Shown here one piece after another: positions 19,883-29,716 of a stretch of 64,000 bases of DNA. Under the pieces are notes generated by a model. It made no database searches, had not been told where the DNA came from, and worked only from the letters and a program-made list of their open reading frames with translations. Positions within the stretch are counted from its first letter, which is position 1; each line of letters begins with the position of its first letter. Location of the stretch: contig CAVWLK010000040.1 of the NCBI GenBank assembly GCA_963755675.1, positions 57,584-121,583 of the forward strand, read 5' to 3'. Source of the stretch: an uncultured Actinomycetes bacterium (GTDB lineage: Bacteria; Actinomycetota; Thermoleophilia; Gaiellales; JAICJC01). The position numbers and the translations under genes are program-made.

Positions 19883-20849
19883 CCGAGGGCTTCCATCGCG
19901 AGAGCCGCACCAGCGTCCGTCCCAGCTTGTCGGCATCGTGCTGCCACTCGCCGGCCAGCCGACCGCCGAAGACACGCACGTTAAGGCGCCGCAGCCCGCC
20001 GCGGTCGACCGGCACCGGCACCCCGTGCTCGGCTCGGTTGCGGCTGACCAGTACGGCGTCCACCAGATCGTCGCCGACGTGTTCGTAGATCCGCGCGACG
20101 TGGTCGGAGGCGCGGTAGCCCTCCGTCTCACCCGATTGCTGCAGCAGGTTGCAGACGTAGATGCGGGGCACCTTCGCCATCCGCACGGCCTCGCGGATCC
20201 CCGGCACCAGCAGGGGCGGCAGCGTGCTCGTGAACAGGCTGCCGGGTCCCATGACGATCAGCTCAGCGCGCTCGATCGCCTGCAGCGCGCGCGGGTGGGC
20301 GCGCACGTCGGGCGGGTCGAGCATTACTCGCCGGATGCTGGCGCCGTCCGCCGCCAGCGCCGTCTCGCCGCGCACCGTGCGGCCGTCGTCCATCTCTGCC
20401 ACCAGCTCGACGATGTCCGTCGTGCTCGGCACCACCCGGCCCGCCACCGCAAGCACCCGCGCCGACTCCGAGACGGCCTGGTCGAAGCTGCCCAGCAGGT
20501 CGGTCAGCCCGGCCAGGAAGAGGTTGCCGAAGCTGTGCCCGGCAAGCTCGCCGGTGGTGAAGCGGTGCTCGAACAGCTGACCGACCAGCGACTCGTCCTC
20601 GGCCAACGCCGAGAGGCAGTGGCGGACGTCGCCCGGAGCGGGCATGCCGAAGTCGCGTCGCAGCCGCCCGGAGCTGCCGCCATCGTCGGTGGTGGTGACG
20701 ACCGCCGTCACGCTGCCGATGTGCTTGAGCCCGCGCAGGATCATGGAGAGACCCGTGCCGCCGCCCAGACAGACGATCCGCACCCGGTTTCGCGATCGGC
20801 GCGAACCGACCAGCTCGATCGGGCGCGGCTGCTCGGGGATCAGCGGCAT
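19869..20849 (-). CDS. yvcK: YvcK/CofD-like gluconeogenesis factor family protein
   Basis: 326 aa with RIVCLGGGTGLSMILRGLK and AVVTTTDDGGSSGRLRRDFGMPAPGDVRHCL. Confidence 0.9.
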   Translation of the reverse strand: MPLIPEQPRPIELVGSRRSRNRVRIVCLGGGTGLSMILRGLKHIGSVTAVVTTTDDGGSSGRLRRDFGMPAPGDVRHCLSALAEDESLVGQLFEHRFTTGELAGHSFGNLFLAGLTDLLGSFDQAVSESARVLAVAGRVVPSTTDIVELVAEMDDGRTVRGETALAADGASIRRVMLDPPDVRAHPRALQAIERAELIVMGPGSLFTSTLPPLLVPGIREAVRMAKVPRIYVCNLLQQSGETEGYRASDHVARIYEHVGDDLVDAVLVSRNRAEHGVPVPVDRGGLRRLNVRVFGGRLAGEWQHDADKLGRTLVRLSRWKPSDELQ

Positions 20850-20916
20850 CGGGCCACACTAGATGGTTGATTTCGTGTTCGTCGAGTGAACATGGAATCA
20901 ACCATCTTGACCCTCT

Positions 20917-22780
20917 TCAACCGGTCTTGTGGAGGGCGGCGTGGATCTGGCGCCCGACCTTGGGCGGCAGTCCGGGGACGCTCTCGAGCTGCTCGCGGCC
21001 GGCCGCAGTCAGCGCCTGACCGGTGCCGAAGTGCTCCATCAGCAGCTTGCGCCGGGCCGGCCCCACTCCGGGCAGGTCGTCGAAGATCGAGTCCACCGCC
21101 GCACGCGCCCGCCTCTGGCGGTGGAAGCCGACCGCGAACCGGTGCGCCTCGTCGCGGATCCGCTGCAGTAGCTGCAGGCCGGCCGACCCGCGTTCGAGCA
21201 TCACCGGCGCCGGACGGCCCGGGCAGATACACCTCCTCCTCGCGCTTTGCGAGGGCGATCACGGCCACCCGCGGCAGGTCGTGGACGGACATCGCCTTGA
21301 GCGCAGCGCCCAGCTGTCCCTTGCCGCCGTCGATCACGACCAGGTTGGGCGTGCTCGCGAAGCTGGCGTCGAACTCCTGCGCGGTCGCGCCGTGCATGCG
21401 GGCGAAGCGCCGGCCCGACAGCCTCGGCCATGCTGGCGAAATCGTCCTGGCCGCGCTCGTGGCGGATCGTGAACTTGCGATAGTCGGAACGCTTGGCGAC
21501 CGCTTCCTCGAACACCACCATCGAGGCCACGCGGTTCGACTCGCCCAGGTTGGAGATGTCGAAGCACTCGATCCGCACCGGCAGCGCCTCCAGGTTGAGG
21601 TGCTCGCGCAGCTCCTCGAGCGCCTCGACGCGACGGGCGCGCGTGCGCTGCGCGACCAGCCGGTCGTGCTCGAGCGCCATCTCGGCGTTTCGCCGCGCGA
21701 GCTCGACCAGCCGGCGCTTCTCGCCCCGCTGGGCGATCCTCGCCTCGACCGCCGAGGTGCGCCGCTCCGACAGGTACAGGGCAAGCAGGTCAGCATCCTC
21801 AAAAGCCGGGCGGCAGGAACACCTGGCGCGGGATGGCGACCTGGCCGCCGTAGTACTCGATCGCGAACCCCCACAGCACGTCGGATTCACTCTCCCCACC
21901 CGCGTTGTCCAGGTAGAAGCTGCGGCGGTCGGCCAGGCGGCCGTCGCGGAGCTGGAACAGCTGCACGTTGGCGGTGTTCTCGGACACCGCCACGGCGAGC
22001 ACGTCGCCGGTCTGCGAGCCGACGTGATCGGCGACCTGGCGCTCTGCCAGATGCCGCACGGCGGTCAGCCGGTTGCGGTAGCGGGCGGCCTCCTCGTACT
22101 CATGCGCAGCCGATGCCTCCTTCATCTGAGCTTCCAACCGCCGCTCGAGCGGGCGCACCCGCCCCGACAGGAACTCGACCACGCCCTCGATCACCGCCGC
22201 GTAGTCCTCTTGCGAGATCAATGCCACGCAGGGCGCCGCGCAGCGGCCGATGTGGTAGTCCAGGCAGGGCACGCCCGACCGCCGGCCCGGCTCCGGTCCC
22301 TCACACGGCCGATACGGAAACACACGGTTCAGCACGTCCAGCGTCTCGCGCACCTTGCGTGCGCTGGAGTACGGGCCGAAGTACAGCACCCCTTTGCGGT
22401 GGCGCTCGCGCGTGAACATCACGCGCGGGTACTCGTCAGCCACGGTCACGGCGATGTACGGGTAGGACTTGTCGTCGCGCAGACGGATGTTGAACGGCGG
22501 CCGGTGGCGCTTGATCAGGTTCTGTTCCAGCAGCAGGGCCTCGTGCTCTCCGCCGGCGCCTACGAAACTCGATCTCCGCGATCCGCTCGACCAGCTCCGC
22601 CGTCTTGACCGTCGAGTACGCCTCGCGGCGGAAGTACGACTGCACCCGCTTTCGCAGCGACTTCGCCTTGCCGACGTACAGCACCTCGCCGTCGCGGCCG
22701 TGAAACAGGTACACGCCGGGAGAGTCGGGCAGCGCCCGCAGTTGGGCGTCAAGTCGCTCGCTGAGCGCGTTGGAGGGCAT
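20917..22780 (-). pseudogene. uvrC: Excinuclease ABC subunit C, about 4 frameshifts (probable sequence errors)
   Basis: GIY-YIG N-terminus [29 protein letters not shown], followed by [30 protein letters not shown] and IECFDISNLGE. The C-terminal HhH reads [20 protein letters not shown]. Frame switches occur at ~22566 (ttt run), ~21803 (aaaa run), ~21415 (ccc run) and ~21218. Confidence 0.9.
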
Positions 22781-22811
22781 CCACTGATCGTAGCCGTGGA
22801 GTGGCCACGGC

Positions 22812-24644
22812 TTACCAGGGGGTGGGGATGGCGTCGACGACTGACTTGGCGCCGTCCACCACGGTGGACGCGACCGACGCGGCGACCCGCACCGGCGCCG
22901 TCTGCACACGCCAGGCGAGATCGAGCGCACGTCCGCCGGCCGACAGCGCCGCCCGGCACCAGCCGGGATGACGAACGAGGTAACCGGCCGCGCACAGCGT
23001 TGCACCGGTCGCAATCAGGGCGAGCCCCACCGGTGGCACGACCGAGGTGGCAGCGCCCAGCGCAAGCATCGATCCACCCGTCATCAGGCCGGCCGTGGTG
23101 GTTGCGCTTCCCACCGCCATCAGGCCGTAGGCGATCCGGTCGCGGGTGCGGCGGGCGGTGTATGCCTGGGCCGTGAACATGCCCGTCGAAAGCGCCCCAC
23201 CGAGCACGCTGAAGCGCGCTGCCCAGAGCCCGGCTCCCGTGAGCTCGACGCCGGCCGTGCCAACCGCCGAGATCAGGTCGCGGGTGCTGGACGCGGCATC
23301 CCAGACCGTGCCGGCGAGGTTGGTGCCGTCCCGCCAGTCTGGGTCGGGGAGCAGCGCACCGACGCCGCTGAGTCCGAAGCGGGCGAGGTGACGGATGCCG
23401 GCCGCGGCCTGCAGCGGCATCGCTCGGCCGCGCTCCCCCAGCTGCGCCGCCACCGACTCGCCGGCGCTTAGAACGGTGCCCACGCGATCGAGCGCTGAGA
23501 CGTTGCCGTGATTCGGTCGAGCCGCAAGCGCGCCGGCGGCGCGGACGGCAACCGGGGGAACGCCAGGTTCAGGGCCGCCGCCCGCCTCCCGCTCCTGCAC
23601 GGCTCTCAGGCGCACCCGGCTGGAAAGTGCAAGCCCAGAACCGCTGGCCCGGGACAGCACAAGTGCAGCGGCAGACCCGTCGCCCAGCTGGTCGGCCAGA
23701 GCATCGACCAGCGATCCGGCGCGCCGTGCCTGAGCGGCGGCCAACGCCGCTGCGGCGGTGTCGGGGTCGGCTGCCAGCCCCATATCGATCTCGGCTCGCA
23801 GCACGTGGCTCGGCACCTGGTGGCGGCGCGCGGCCGCGGCCTCGCGGTCGTCCGGTGGTGAAGCACCACTCGCGATCAGCCTTCCGAACCCGTCCCAGCT
23901 TCCGTCCTCGATCGGCGCGTAGCCGACCACGGCACCGGTGTGGGGCGCGGCGAGCACGAGGCCCTGGCCGGCGTAGATGCCAACGTGGTACGGGGCGCCG
24001 GCCGTTGCACCGGCGAAGACGAGGTCACCTGGCAACAGGTCGGAGGCGGCGATGTGCCGGGCGAGCTCCCAGAGGCCGTCCGCCGTCGGCCGCCCGGGAA
24101 GCGGCGCGCCGGCGGCCGAGTAGGCGAAGTCGACCAGACCGCTGCAGTCGAACCCGCCCTCCGCCCGGCTCTCACCACCCCAGACGTAGGGCCACCCCAC
24201 CTGGGCGGCTGCGGCGGCCACCACCGCACCACGACCGTCGAGTCCGGACAGGTCGACCGGCCGGAACGATCCCGCCGGCAGTTCGGCCGAGAACAGCACC
24301 TCTGCTGCGGCCGTGGCCAGAACCGCGCGGCCTTCGGCGCCGTCCACCGCCACCGTCACCTGAACGGTGGACGGAAGGCCGCCGGCCTCGATCAGCCGAA
24401 GCGACCGAAGCCCGGCGCCGTTGGCCCTGGCCGAGCTGCTGGCGGCCGCCGTCAGCGCCTGTGCGGACGCCGACGGATCGGCGGCCAGCGAGCGGGCCGC
24501 CGCCAGCGCGGCCTGGTCGGCCGCTCGCTGCCCGGCCGCTCCCGCGCGGTCGATATGGCCCAGCGTCACCACCAGCACCCCTGCCAGCGCCAACGCCAGC
24601 AGCAGTCCGCAGGCGGCGACGGAGATCTGACCCCGCTCGGTCAC
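22812..24644 (-). CDS. Rv3654c-type TadE-like N-terminal anchor fused to an NlpC/P60 peptidoglycan hydrolase domain and a C-terminal multi-TM region
   Basis: GTG 24644 overlaps the upstream stop (GTGA). The N-terminus reads [26 protein letters not shown]...[15 protein letters not shown]. The NlpC/P60 triad context is [15 protein letters not shown] and APHTGAVV. The last ~120 aa carry three hydrophobic segments ([62 protein letters not shown]). Confidence 0.75.
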   Translation of the reverse strand: MTERGQISVAACGLLLALALAGVLVVTLGHIDRAGAAGQRAADQAALAAARSLAADPSASAQALTAAASSSARANGAGLRSLRLIEAGGLPSTVQVTVAVDGAEGRAVLATAAAEVLFSAELPAGSFRPVDLSGLDGRGAVVAAAAAQVGWPYVWGGESRAEGGFDCSGLVDFAYSAAGAPLPGRPTADGLWELARHIAASDLLPGDLVFAGATAGAPYHVGIYAGQGLVLAAPHTGAVVGYAPIEDGSWDGFGRLIASGASPPDDREAAAARRHQVPSHVLRAEIDMGLAADPDTAAAALAAAQARRAGSLVDALADQLGDGSAAALVLSRASGSGLALSSRVRLRAVQEREAGGGPEPGVPPVAVRAAGALAARPNHGNVSALDRVGTVLSAGESVAAQLGERGRAMPLQAAAGIRHLARFGLSGVGALLPDPDWRDGTNLAGTVWDAASSTRDLISAVGTAGVELTGAGLWAARFSVLGGALSTGMFTAQAYTARRTRDRIAYGLMAVGSATTTAGLMTGGSMLALGAATSVVPPVGLALIATGATLCAAGYLVRHPGWCRAALSAGGRALDLAWRVQTAPVRVAASVASTVVDGAKSVVDAIPTPW

Positions 24645-24937
24645 GGCCGGATCGTGGTCGTGATTGTCTCCGCCGACGGGCCGCCGGGTAACGCCAGCGG
24701 AAGCGGCACCCGCACCACCAGCCGGTCGCCGTGTAACTCGATCGACGCCCGCGCTTTCAGCGCCGGTGGGATCGGCCGCCCCTCGGCGGCCAGCACGGCC
24801 GCCTGATCGGCGATCCGCTCGGCCTCGACGCGGGTGCGGGCGACGGCCAGCAGTTGGACGACGGCGATCGCCACCAGCGCCAGCAGAGCGCAGCCGGCCA
24901 CGATCTCGACGCTCGCCTGGCCGCGATCGCGGCTCAC
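24641..24937 (-). CDS. TadE-like pseudopilin family protein
   Basis: GTG 24937 overlaps the upstream stop (GTGA). The N-terminus VSRDRGQASVEIVAGCALLALVAIAVVQLLAV is typical of TadE. 98 aa. Confidence 0.7.
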   Translation of the reverse strand: MSRDRGQASVEIVAGCALLALVAIAVVQLLAVARTRVEAERIADQAAVLAAEGRPIPPALKARASIELHGDRLVVRVPLPLALPGGPSAETITTTIRP

Positions 24938-25266
24938 TGACGCACGACCTCGGCATCCGCCGCGAGTGTGACGTCGAGGCCGGGGATGACGGCCGGGACC
25001 CGCAGCGTGACGCGCACCCGGCCCTCGCCGTCGGTCACGCTCAGCCCTCGGCGCATCGATCCCGGCACAGCCGCCGACGCCGCGGGCAGCGGCGGCAGGC
25101 CGACCATCTCGGCATGCGCGGCAGCGCGGGCGGCGTGCGCCGCCGACACGGACGTCCACCCGGCCAGCAGAGCCTGCCAGCACGCCAGCGCGGCCAGCAG
25201 CAGAATGGGCAGCAGCGCCACCGTTTCGATCGATGCCTGGCCGCGCTGGCGGCGGGAATTCGTCAT
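24934..25266 (-). CDS. TadE-like pseudopilin family protein
   Basis: 110 aa. The N-terminus reads RRQRGQASIETVALLPILLLAALACWQALLAGW. Confidence 0.75.
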   Translation of the reverse strand: MTNSRRQRGQASIETVALLPILLLAALACWQALLAGWTSVSAAHAARAAAHAEMVGLPPLPAASAAVPGSMRRGLSVTDGEGRVRVTLRVPAVIPGLDVTLAADAEVVRQ

Positions 25267-25354
25267 GCGCTCACGCTACGGCCGCCCGCCGTCACGAAAC
25301 CAGCCCCACCACGTGCCAAAACCGTCACGACAGGCGCTTGCTACCATCGCAGCC

Positions 25355-26107
25355 ATGAGCGAGATGAACGGAGCGGCGGGGAACAACTCGGCCGGCGAGG
25401 ATCGCCAGTTCGTGCACTTCTCGTTCTACAAGCTCGACCGCGCCTTCCGGCTGCTGCCGGAGCAGGAACGAGAGGCCGCGCTGGCCGAGTTTGCGGCGAT
25501 CGTGGACGACCACGGCAGCCGCTTCCCGATCCGCGCATACACGATGTTCGGCATCCGCCCGGATGCTGACTTCATGCTGTGGAAGGTCTCGGAACGGCTG
25601 GAGGATTTCCAGGAGCTGGCAACGGCGCTCCACGCATCGCCGCTGGGGCCGCACCTCGAGACGCCCTACGCCTACCTCTCGATGACGCGGCGATCCCAGT
25701 ACGTGAAGGGCGAGGGGCGCTCGATGCACAAGCGCGGGCGGATCATGTGGGACTCCGATTCGAAGTACCTGCTGATCTACCCGATGGTCAAGACCCGCGC
25801 CTGGTACCAGCTCTCGAAGCCCGCCCGGCAGGGGATCATGAACGAGCACATCGCCACCGGCCACAAGTTTCCGACCGTCAAGATCAACACCACGTACTCG
25901 TTCGGCATCGACGACCAGGAGTTCGTGGTCGCGTTCGAGACCGACTTCGTGGGCGACTTCCTCGACCTGATGATGACGCTGCGCGAGACCGAGGCAAGCC
26001 GCTACACCGAGCGCGACACGCCGATCTTCACCTGCTCGTCAGGCGATATCCGGTCGGTGCTGGCGACGCTGGGGGCGGCCGCGGCGACCGCTCCGGTGGA
26101 CGCGTAG
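25355..26107 (+). CDS. hemQ: Coproheme decarboxylase / chlorite dismutase family (HemQ/ChdC)
   Basis: Start at ATG 25355 gives 250 aa. Motifs are FVHFSFYKLD, YLLIYPMVKTRAWYQL, MNEHIATGHKF and FVVAFETD. Confidence 0.88.
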   Translation: MSEMNGAAGNNSAGEDRQFVHFSFYKLDRAFRLLPEQEREAALAEFAAIVDDHGSRFPIRAYTMFGIRPDADFMLWKVSERLEDFQELATALHASPLGPHLETPYAYLSMTRRSQYVKGEGRSMHKRGRIMWDSDSKYLLIYPMVKTRAWYQLSKPARQGIMNEHIATGHKFPTVKINTTYSFGIDDQEFVVAFETDFVGDFLDLMMTLRETEASRYTERDTPIFTCSSGDIRSVLATLGAAAATAPVDA

Positions 26108-26117
26108 CCGCGGCGAG

Positions 26118-26933
26118 TTGACGGCTCCCCGCCATCGCGTCGCCGTCGTCACGGGCACTTCGTCCGGCTTTGGCCGCGACACCGCCACGCGCTTGGTGGA
26201 GATGGGCTGGACGGTGATCGGGACGGTGCGAGGAGCCGCTGCCGACGCGCCCCAAGGCTCGGAACCGGCGCGGCTCGACCTGCGCGCCGAGGACGAGATT
26301 GCCACACTTGGCCGCACGGTCAACCTTCAGCACAAGCGGTTGGACGCGCTCGTGTGCAACGCCGGCTACTTCCAGGGCGGGCCGCTGGAGGAGATCTCAT
26401 CGCAGGAGATGCGCGAACAGTTAGAGGTGAATCTGGTCGGGACGCTGGCGTTGGTGCGTGAGCTGCTGCCCGCGCTGCGGAAGGCGCGCGGCGTGGTGGT
26501 GCTGGTGTCGAGCATCTCGGGCCGGTTCGGCTCAGCCGGATTCGGCGCCTACTGCGCGTCCAAGTGGGGCCTTGGCGGAGCCGGTGAGTCGCTGGCCGAG
26601 GAGCTGGAGCCGGACGGCGTCCGGGTGGTGATCGTGGAGCCGGAGCTGTTCGCCGGCACCGAGATCGGCGACAAGTGCCGGATGCCGGCGGCCGCCGATC
26701 TGCACGGGCACTACCGCCAGGTGCACGAGGATCTGCGCGAGTTCATCGACACCGCGCAGGAGAAGGGCGCGGCGCCCGAGATCGCGGTCGACGCGATCGT
26801 TCGTGCCGCGACCCGCCGCGGCGCGCCGCTCCACCTGCCGGTGGGCAACGACGCGTTCCGCTGGCTGCGCGAGCAGGCCGACGCCGCCCACGCCGAGCTC
26901 GACCGGGCCGAACGCTTTCTGTCCAGTAGCTAG
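26118..26933 (+). CDS. Short-chain dehydrogenase/reductase (SDR)
   Basis: TTG start. Motifs are VAVVTGTSSGFG, NAG and YCASKWG. Confidence 0.88.
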   Translation: MTAPRHRVAVVTGTSSGFGRDTATRLVEMGWTVIGTVRGAAADAPQGSEPARLDLRAEDEIATLGRTVNLQHKRLDALVCNAGYFQGGPLEEISSQEMREQLEVNLVGTLALVRELLPALRKARGVVVLVSSISGRFGSAGFGAYCASKWGLGGAGESLAEELEPDGVRVVIVEPELFAGTEIGDKCRMPAAADLHGHYRQVHEDLREFIDTAQEKGAAPEIAVDAIVRAATRRGAPLHLPVGNDAFRWLREQADAAHAELDRAERFLSSS

Positions 26934-27211
26934 GCCGTCGCGCTGAAGCGCACCGCGGCACGCTCGCGTGCGCGCTCGATCTCGCGCGCCCGATCCTTGG
27001 GCGGCGAGTGCGTGACCAGCTCGCTCAGGAGCTGAGCCGAGGCGGCCGTGACCGACTCGACCGCCCGCGCAAAGGCCTCCTCGTTGTCACGCGACGGCTT
27101 TGACATGCCGCTGATCTTGCGCACGTACTGCAGCGCGGCGTCGTGGACGTCGTCGGCGGTGGCCGGCGGCTCGTAGTTATGAAGGGGTCTGATGTTTCTG
27201 CACATGGGCAT
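26930..27211 (-). CDS. DUF2277-like protein
   Basis: MCRNIRPLHNYEPPATADDVHDAALQYVRKISGMSKPS is typical of DUF2277. The probable true start is ATG 27205. Confidence 0.65.
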   Translation of the reverse strand: MPMCRNIRPLHNYEPPATADDVHDAALQYVRKISGMSKPSRDNEEAFARAVESVTAASAQLLSELVTHSPPKDRAREIERARERAAVRFSATA

Positions 27212-27247
27212 CAGCTTAGCCCGAGCTTCAGCCTTCCATCCGGCCGC

Positions 27248-27628
27248 CTACAGGTAGTAGCGCTTCGACTCGTTCCAGGCGTAGTACATCGCGAACAGGC
27301 CGCCGAAGAACATCGCGATCAGCGGCACCTCGAACGAACCAAGGCTGATCAGGTTGAACTGGGCCAGCGAGTAGAGCGCGGCGGCGACGGTGACGGCGCC
27401 GAGGCCGCCGTAGAGGATCGCCCGCTGCTTGTCGGGCATCAGCGAGATCGCCATCCGGTTGCGTTGATACCAGGCGTAGCCGAAGTACCACAGCAGGCAG
27501 ATGAAGATCAGTGCGAACGCGCCCTGGATCGCGGCCAGGATCCCCGACGACACGCTCCAGAAGATGGTCGCTACGGCGGCCACCGCGATGATGATCGCAA
27601 ACCCGCGAATCGTGTCCCGTTCAGGCAT
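27248..27628 (-). CDS. Hypothetical membrane protein (4 TM)
   Basis: 126-aa hydrophobic ORF. Its ATG shares one base with the upstream stop (TGATG). Confidence 0.6.
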   Translation of the reverse strand: MPERDTIRGFAIIIAVAAVATIFWSVSSGILAAIQGAFALIFICLLWYFGYAWYQRNRMAISLMPDKQRAILYGGLGAVTVAAALYSLAQFNLISLGSFEVPLIAMFFGGLFAMYYAWNESKRYYL

Positions 27629-27987
27629 CAGGCCGGCCCTGTCATGTACGCGCGCACCCCAAGCGCGGCCACGATCGCCGATCCGACCGCGAAGTACAAG
27701 AGGTTCTTCCGTCCGTCCTCACCTCGCAAAGCATAAGGGTAAGCGATCGCCAGCAGCGGGAGCAGCCCATAGGCGAAGTGCAGCTTGTCCCCCGGCCGGT
27801 GTCCCTGCGAGAGCAGCACCAGCCCGAGTGTGGCCTGGGCGATCACCGACGTCTGTGCCAGCGCCAACGAGTGCATATAGAAGCGGCCGGGAGGCGCGTT
27901 TCGGCGGTAGGCGACGAAGCCCCATGCGGCCACCGCGGCATTGGAGAGGATCAGCAGCGACCCCACCAGCATGTGCACCTCGGGCAT
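27628..27987 (-). CDS. Hypothetical membrane protein
   Basis: Start at ATG 27987 gives 119 aa with 3-4 hydrophobic segments. The annotated ORF extension to 28371 overlaps the MFS gene. Confidence 0.55.
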   Translation of the reverse strand: MPEVHMLVGSLLILSNAAVAAWGFVAYRRNAPPGRFYMHSLALAQTSVIAQATLGLVLLSQGHRPGDKLHFAYGLLPLLAIAYPYALRGEDGRKNLLYFAVGSAIVAALGVRAYMTGPA

Positions 27988-28001
27988 CGCCGACCACGCT
28001 A

Positions 28002-29216
28002 TCAGGCAGCTTCCAGCGGACGCCGCAGCCACGGCGCAACTGCCGCCAGCACGAGCGCGGCGGCGATAATCAAACCGGCCAGCAGCATGAACCCCGCGCG
28101 GGCGCCGCCGTTCTCGATCAGCGGACCGATCGCGATCGCCGCTGCCACCTGCAGCACCGTTGTCGAGATGCCGAAGGCGGCCGCCGTTCGACCCATCACC
28201 GCCCCCGGCACGATCCGCATCAGCGTTGCGTTCGCCGTCACGCGGAAGGCCGACGAGCAGAATCCGATCGCGGCGGTCATCGCAAATACGACCCCCAGCC
28301 GCTGTGGCTCCAGCATGAACGCGAGGTAGCCCGCGATCAGGCCGACAAGCAGGGTGGACATTGCCGCCCACTCGCCCAGCCGAACCACGATCAGCGCGGC
28401 CAGGAAACCCGCCGCGAGTGCACCCACCCCGTACATCATGTCGGCGATGCCGTAGACGGTCGAACCGCGTTCCAGCACTCGCAGGACGTACGTGACGAGC
28501 ACGACGTTCGAGGTGATCGTTGCCACGGTGGGCACGATGCTGACGACACCGAACGCAGCCACGGCTGGGTACGAGCGCAGGTATCGCACGCCCTCGCTCA
28601 GCATCGCCAGCATCGGCGCATGCGCCGCCGCAGGCATGGAGCGGTGCCGAACGGCGGCGAGCGCAAGGGCGGATACGGCGTAGGTGCCGGCGTCGATCGT
28701 CAGCACCGCCGCCAGGCCCAGATGCTCGAGCGCGTATCCCGCCACCGCCGCCCCGGTGACGTTGCCGAGCTGGGTCGTCACCTCGCTGAGGCCGTTCGCC
28801 GCCACCAGGTACTCGCCGCTGACGATCTCCTGCAGGAAGGCGATAATGGCCGGGAAGAACAGCGCAAAGCCGAGCCCTGTGACGAACGCCGAGCAGTAGA
28901 TTGCGAGCAGCGGCGGATCCCCGAACCAGGATATGGCCGCCAAGGAGCCCAGCGACAGCAGCCGCACCAGGTCAGCGGCGATCGCCACCACGCGGCGCGG
29001 GAAGCGGTCGGCGATGGGGCCGGACAGCGGGTAGGCAACCAGGCCGGCGCTGAGCGCAACGCCGTAGAACGCACCCACCGCAGAGGCCGATCCGGTGCGA
29101 TCGAGCAGGTACCAGTTGAGCGCCACCAGTGACAGCCCGGAGCCGAAGAACGAGAGCGCCTCGCCGAGGAAATACAGTCGGAAGTCTCGATCGCGCAGGG
29201 GTACCAACGGGTTCAT
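28002..29216 (-). CDS. MFS transporter
   Basis: Start at ATG 29216 gives 404 aa with about 12 TM segments. The N-terminus reads LRDRDFRLYFLGEALSFFGSGLSLVALNWYLL. Confidence 0.85.
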   Translation of the reverse strand: MNPLVPLRDRDFRLYFLGEALSFFGSGLSLVALNWYLLDRTGSASAVGAFYGVALSAGLVAYPLSGPIADRFPRRVVAIAADLVRLLSLGSLAAISWFGDPPLLAIYCSAFVTGLGFALFFPAIIAFLQEIVSGEYLVAANGLSEVTTQLGNVTGAAVAGYALEHLGLAAVLTIDAGTYAVSALALAAVRHRSMPAAAHAPMLAMLSEGVRYLRSYPAVAAFGVVSIVPTVATITSNVVLVTYVLRVLERGSTVYGIADMMYGVGALAAGFLAALIVVRLGEWAAMSTLLVGLIAGYLAFMLEPQRLGVVFAMTAAIGFCSSAFRVTANATLMRIVPGAVMGRTAAAFGISTTVLQVAAAIAIGPLIENGGARAGFMLLAGLIIAAALVLAAVAPWLRRPLEAA

Positions 29217-29235
29217 CGCGGGTACAGTAGGCGCC

Positions 29236-29712
29236 GTGAACGAGATCGGACAGCCGGCGCCCGACTTCTCGCTGGAGTCAGACTCGGGCGAGACGATCAC
29301 GCGCGAGAGCCTGCGCGGGCGCCCCGCCGTCGTCTACTTCTACCCCAAGGATGACACGCCCGGCTGCACCCGCCAGGCCTGTGCCATCCGCGACAACTGG
29401 GCCGAGTTCGAGCGCCTCGGTGCAACAGTGATCGGTGTCAGTCCGCAGTCCGTCGAGTCGCATCGCCGGTTCAGAGAGAAGTACTCGCTGCCGTTCTCGC
29501 TGCTGGCCGACACCGACCACGCCATGGCCGAGGCCTATGGCGTCTGGGTCGAGAAGACGAACTACGGCAAGCGGTACATGGGCATCAACCGCTCCGGCTT
29601 CGTGATTGACGCCGAGGGCAGGCTGGCGGCCGTCAAGCGCGGCATCAAGCCCGACGACCACTCGGACTGGGCGCTGGCCGCGGTCGAGCAACTCGTCACC
29701 ACCTCCGCCTGA
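29236..29712 (+). CDS. bcp: Thioredoxin-dependent peroxiredoxin Bcp
   Basis: Start at GTG 29236 gives 158 aa. Motifs are GQPAPDFSL and VVYFYPKDDTPGCTRQAC. Confidence 0.9.
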   Translation: MNEIGQPAPDFSLESDSGETITRESLRGRPAVVYFYPKDDTPGCTRQACAIRDNWAEFERLGATVIGVSPQSVESHRRFREKYSLPFSLLADTDHAMAEAYGVWVEKTNYGKRYMGINRSGFVIDAEGRLAAVKRGIKPDDHSDWALAAVEQLVTTSA

Positions 29713-29716
29713 TCGC

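Noticed and set aside
23627-24691. Extremely Pro/Arg-rich ORFs that might look like unusual repetitive proteins, for example 23627..24691 (354 aa), 4083..4574 and 4584..4970.
   Set aside because: They are out-of-frame or antisense readings of GC-rich coding regions (the NlpC/P60 gene and the oxidoreductase gene) and have no independent support.
25267-25354. A search for an Flp-type prepilin gene or a leaderless hemQ promoter in the 88-bp divergent spacer between the TadE operon and hemQ.
   Set aside because: There is no small ORF with a G/XXXXEY-type Flp motif. A TACCAT box 7 nt upstream of the hemQ ATG has no acceptable -35 partner, which is too weak to report as a feature.
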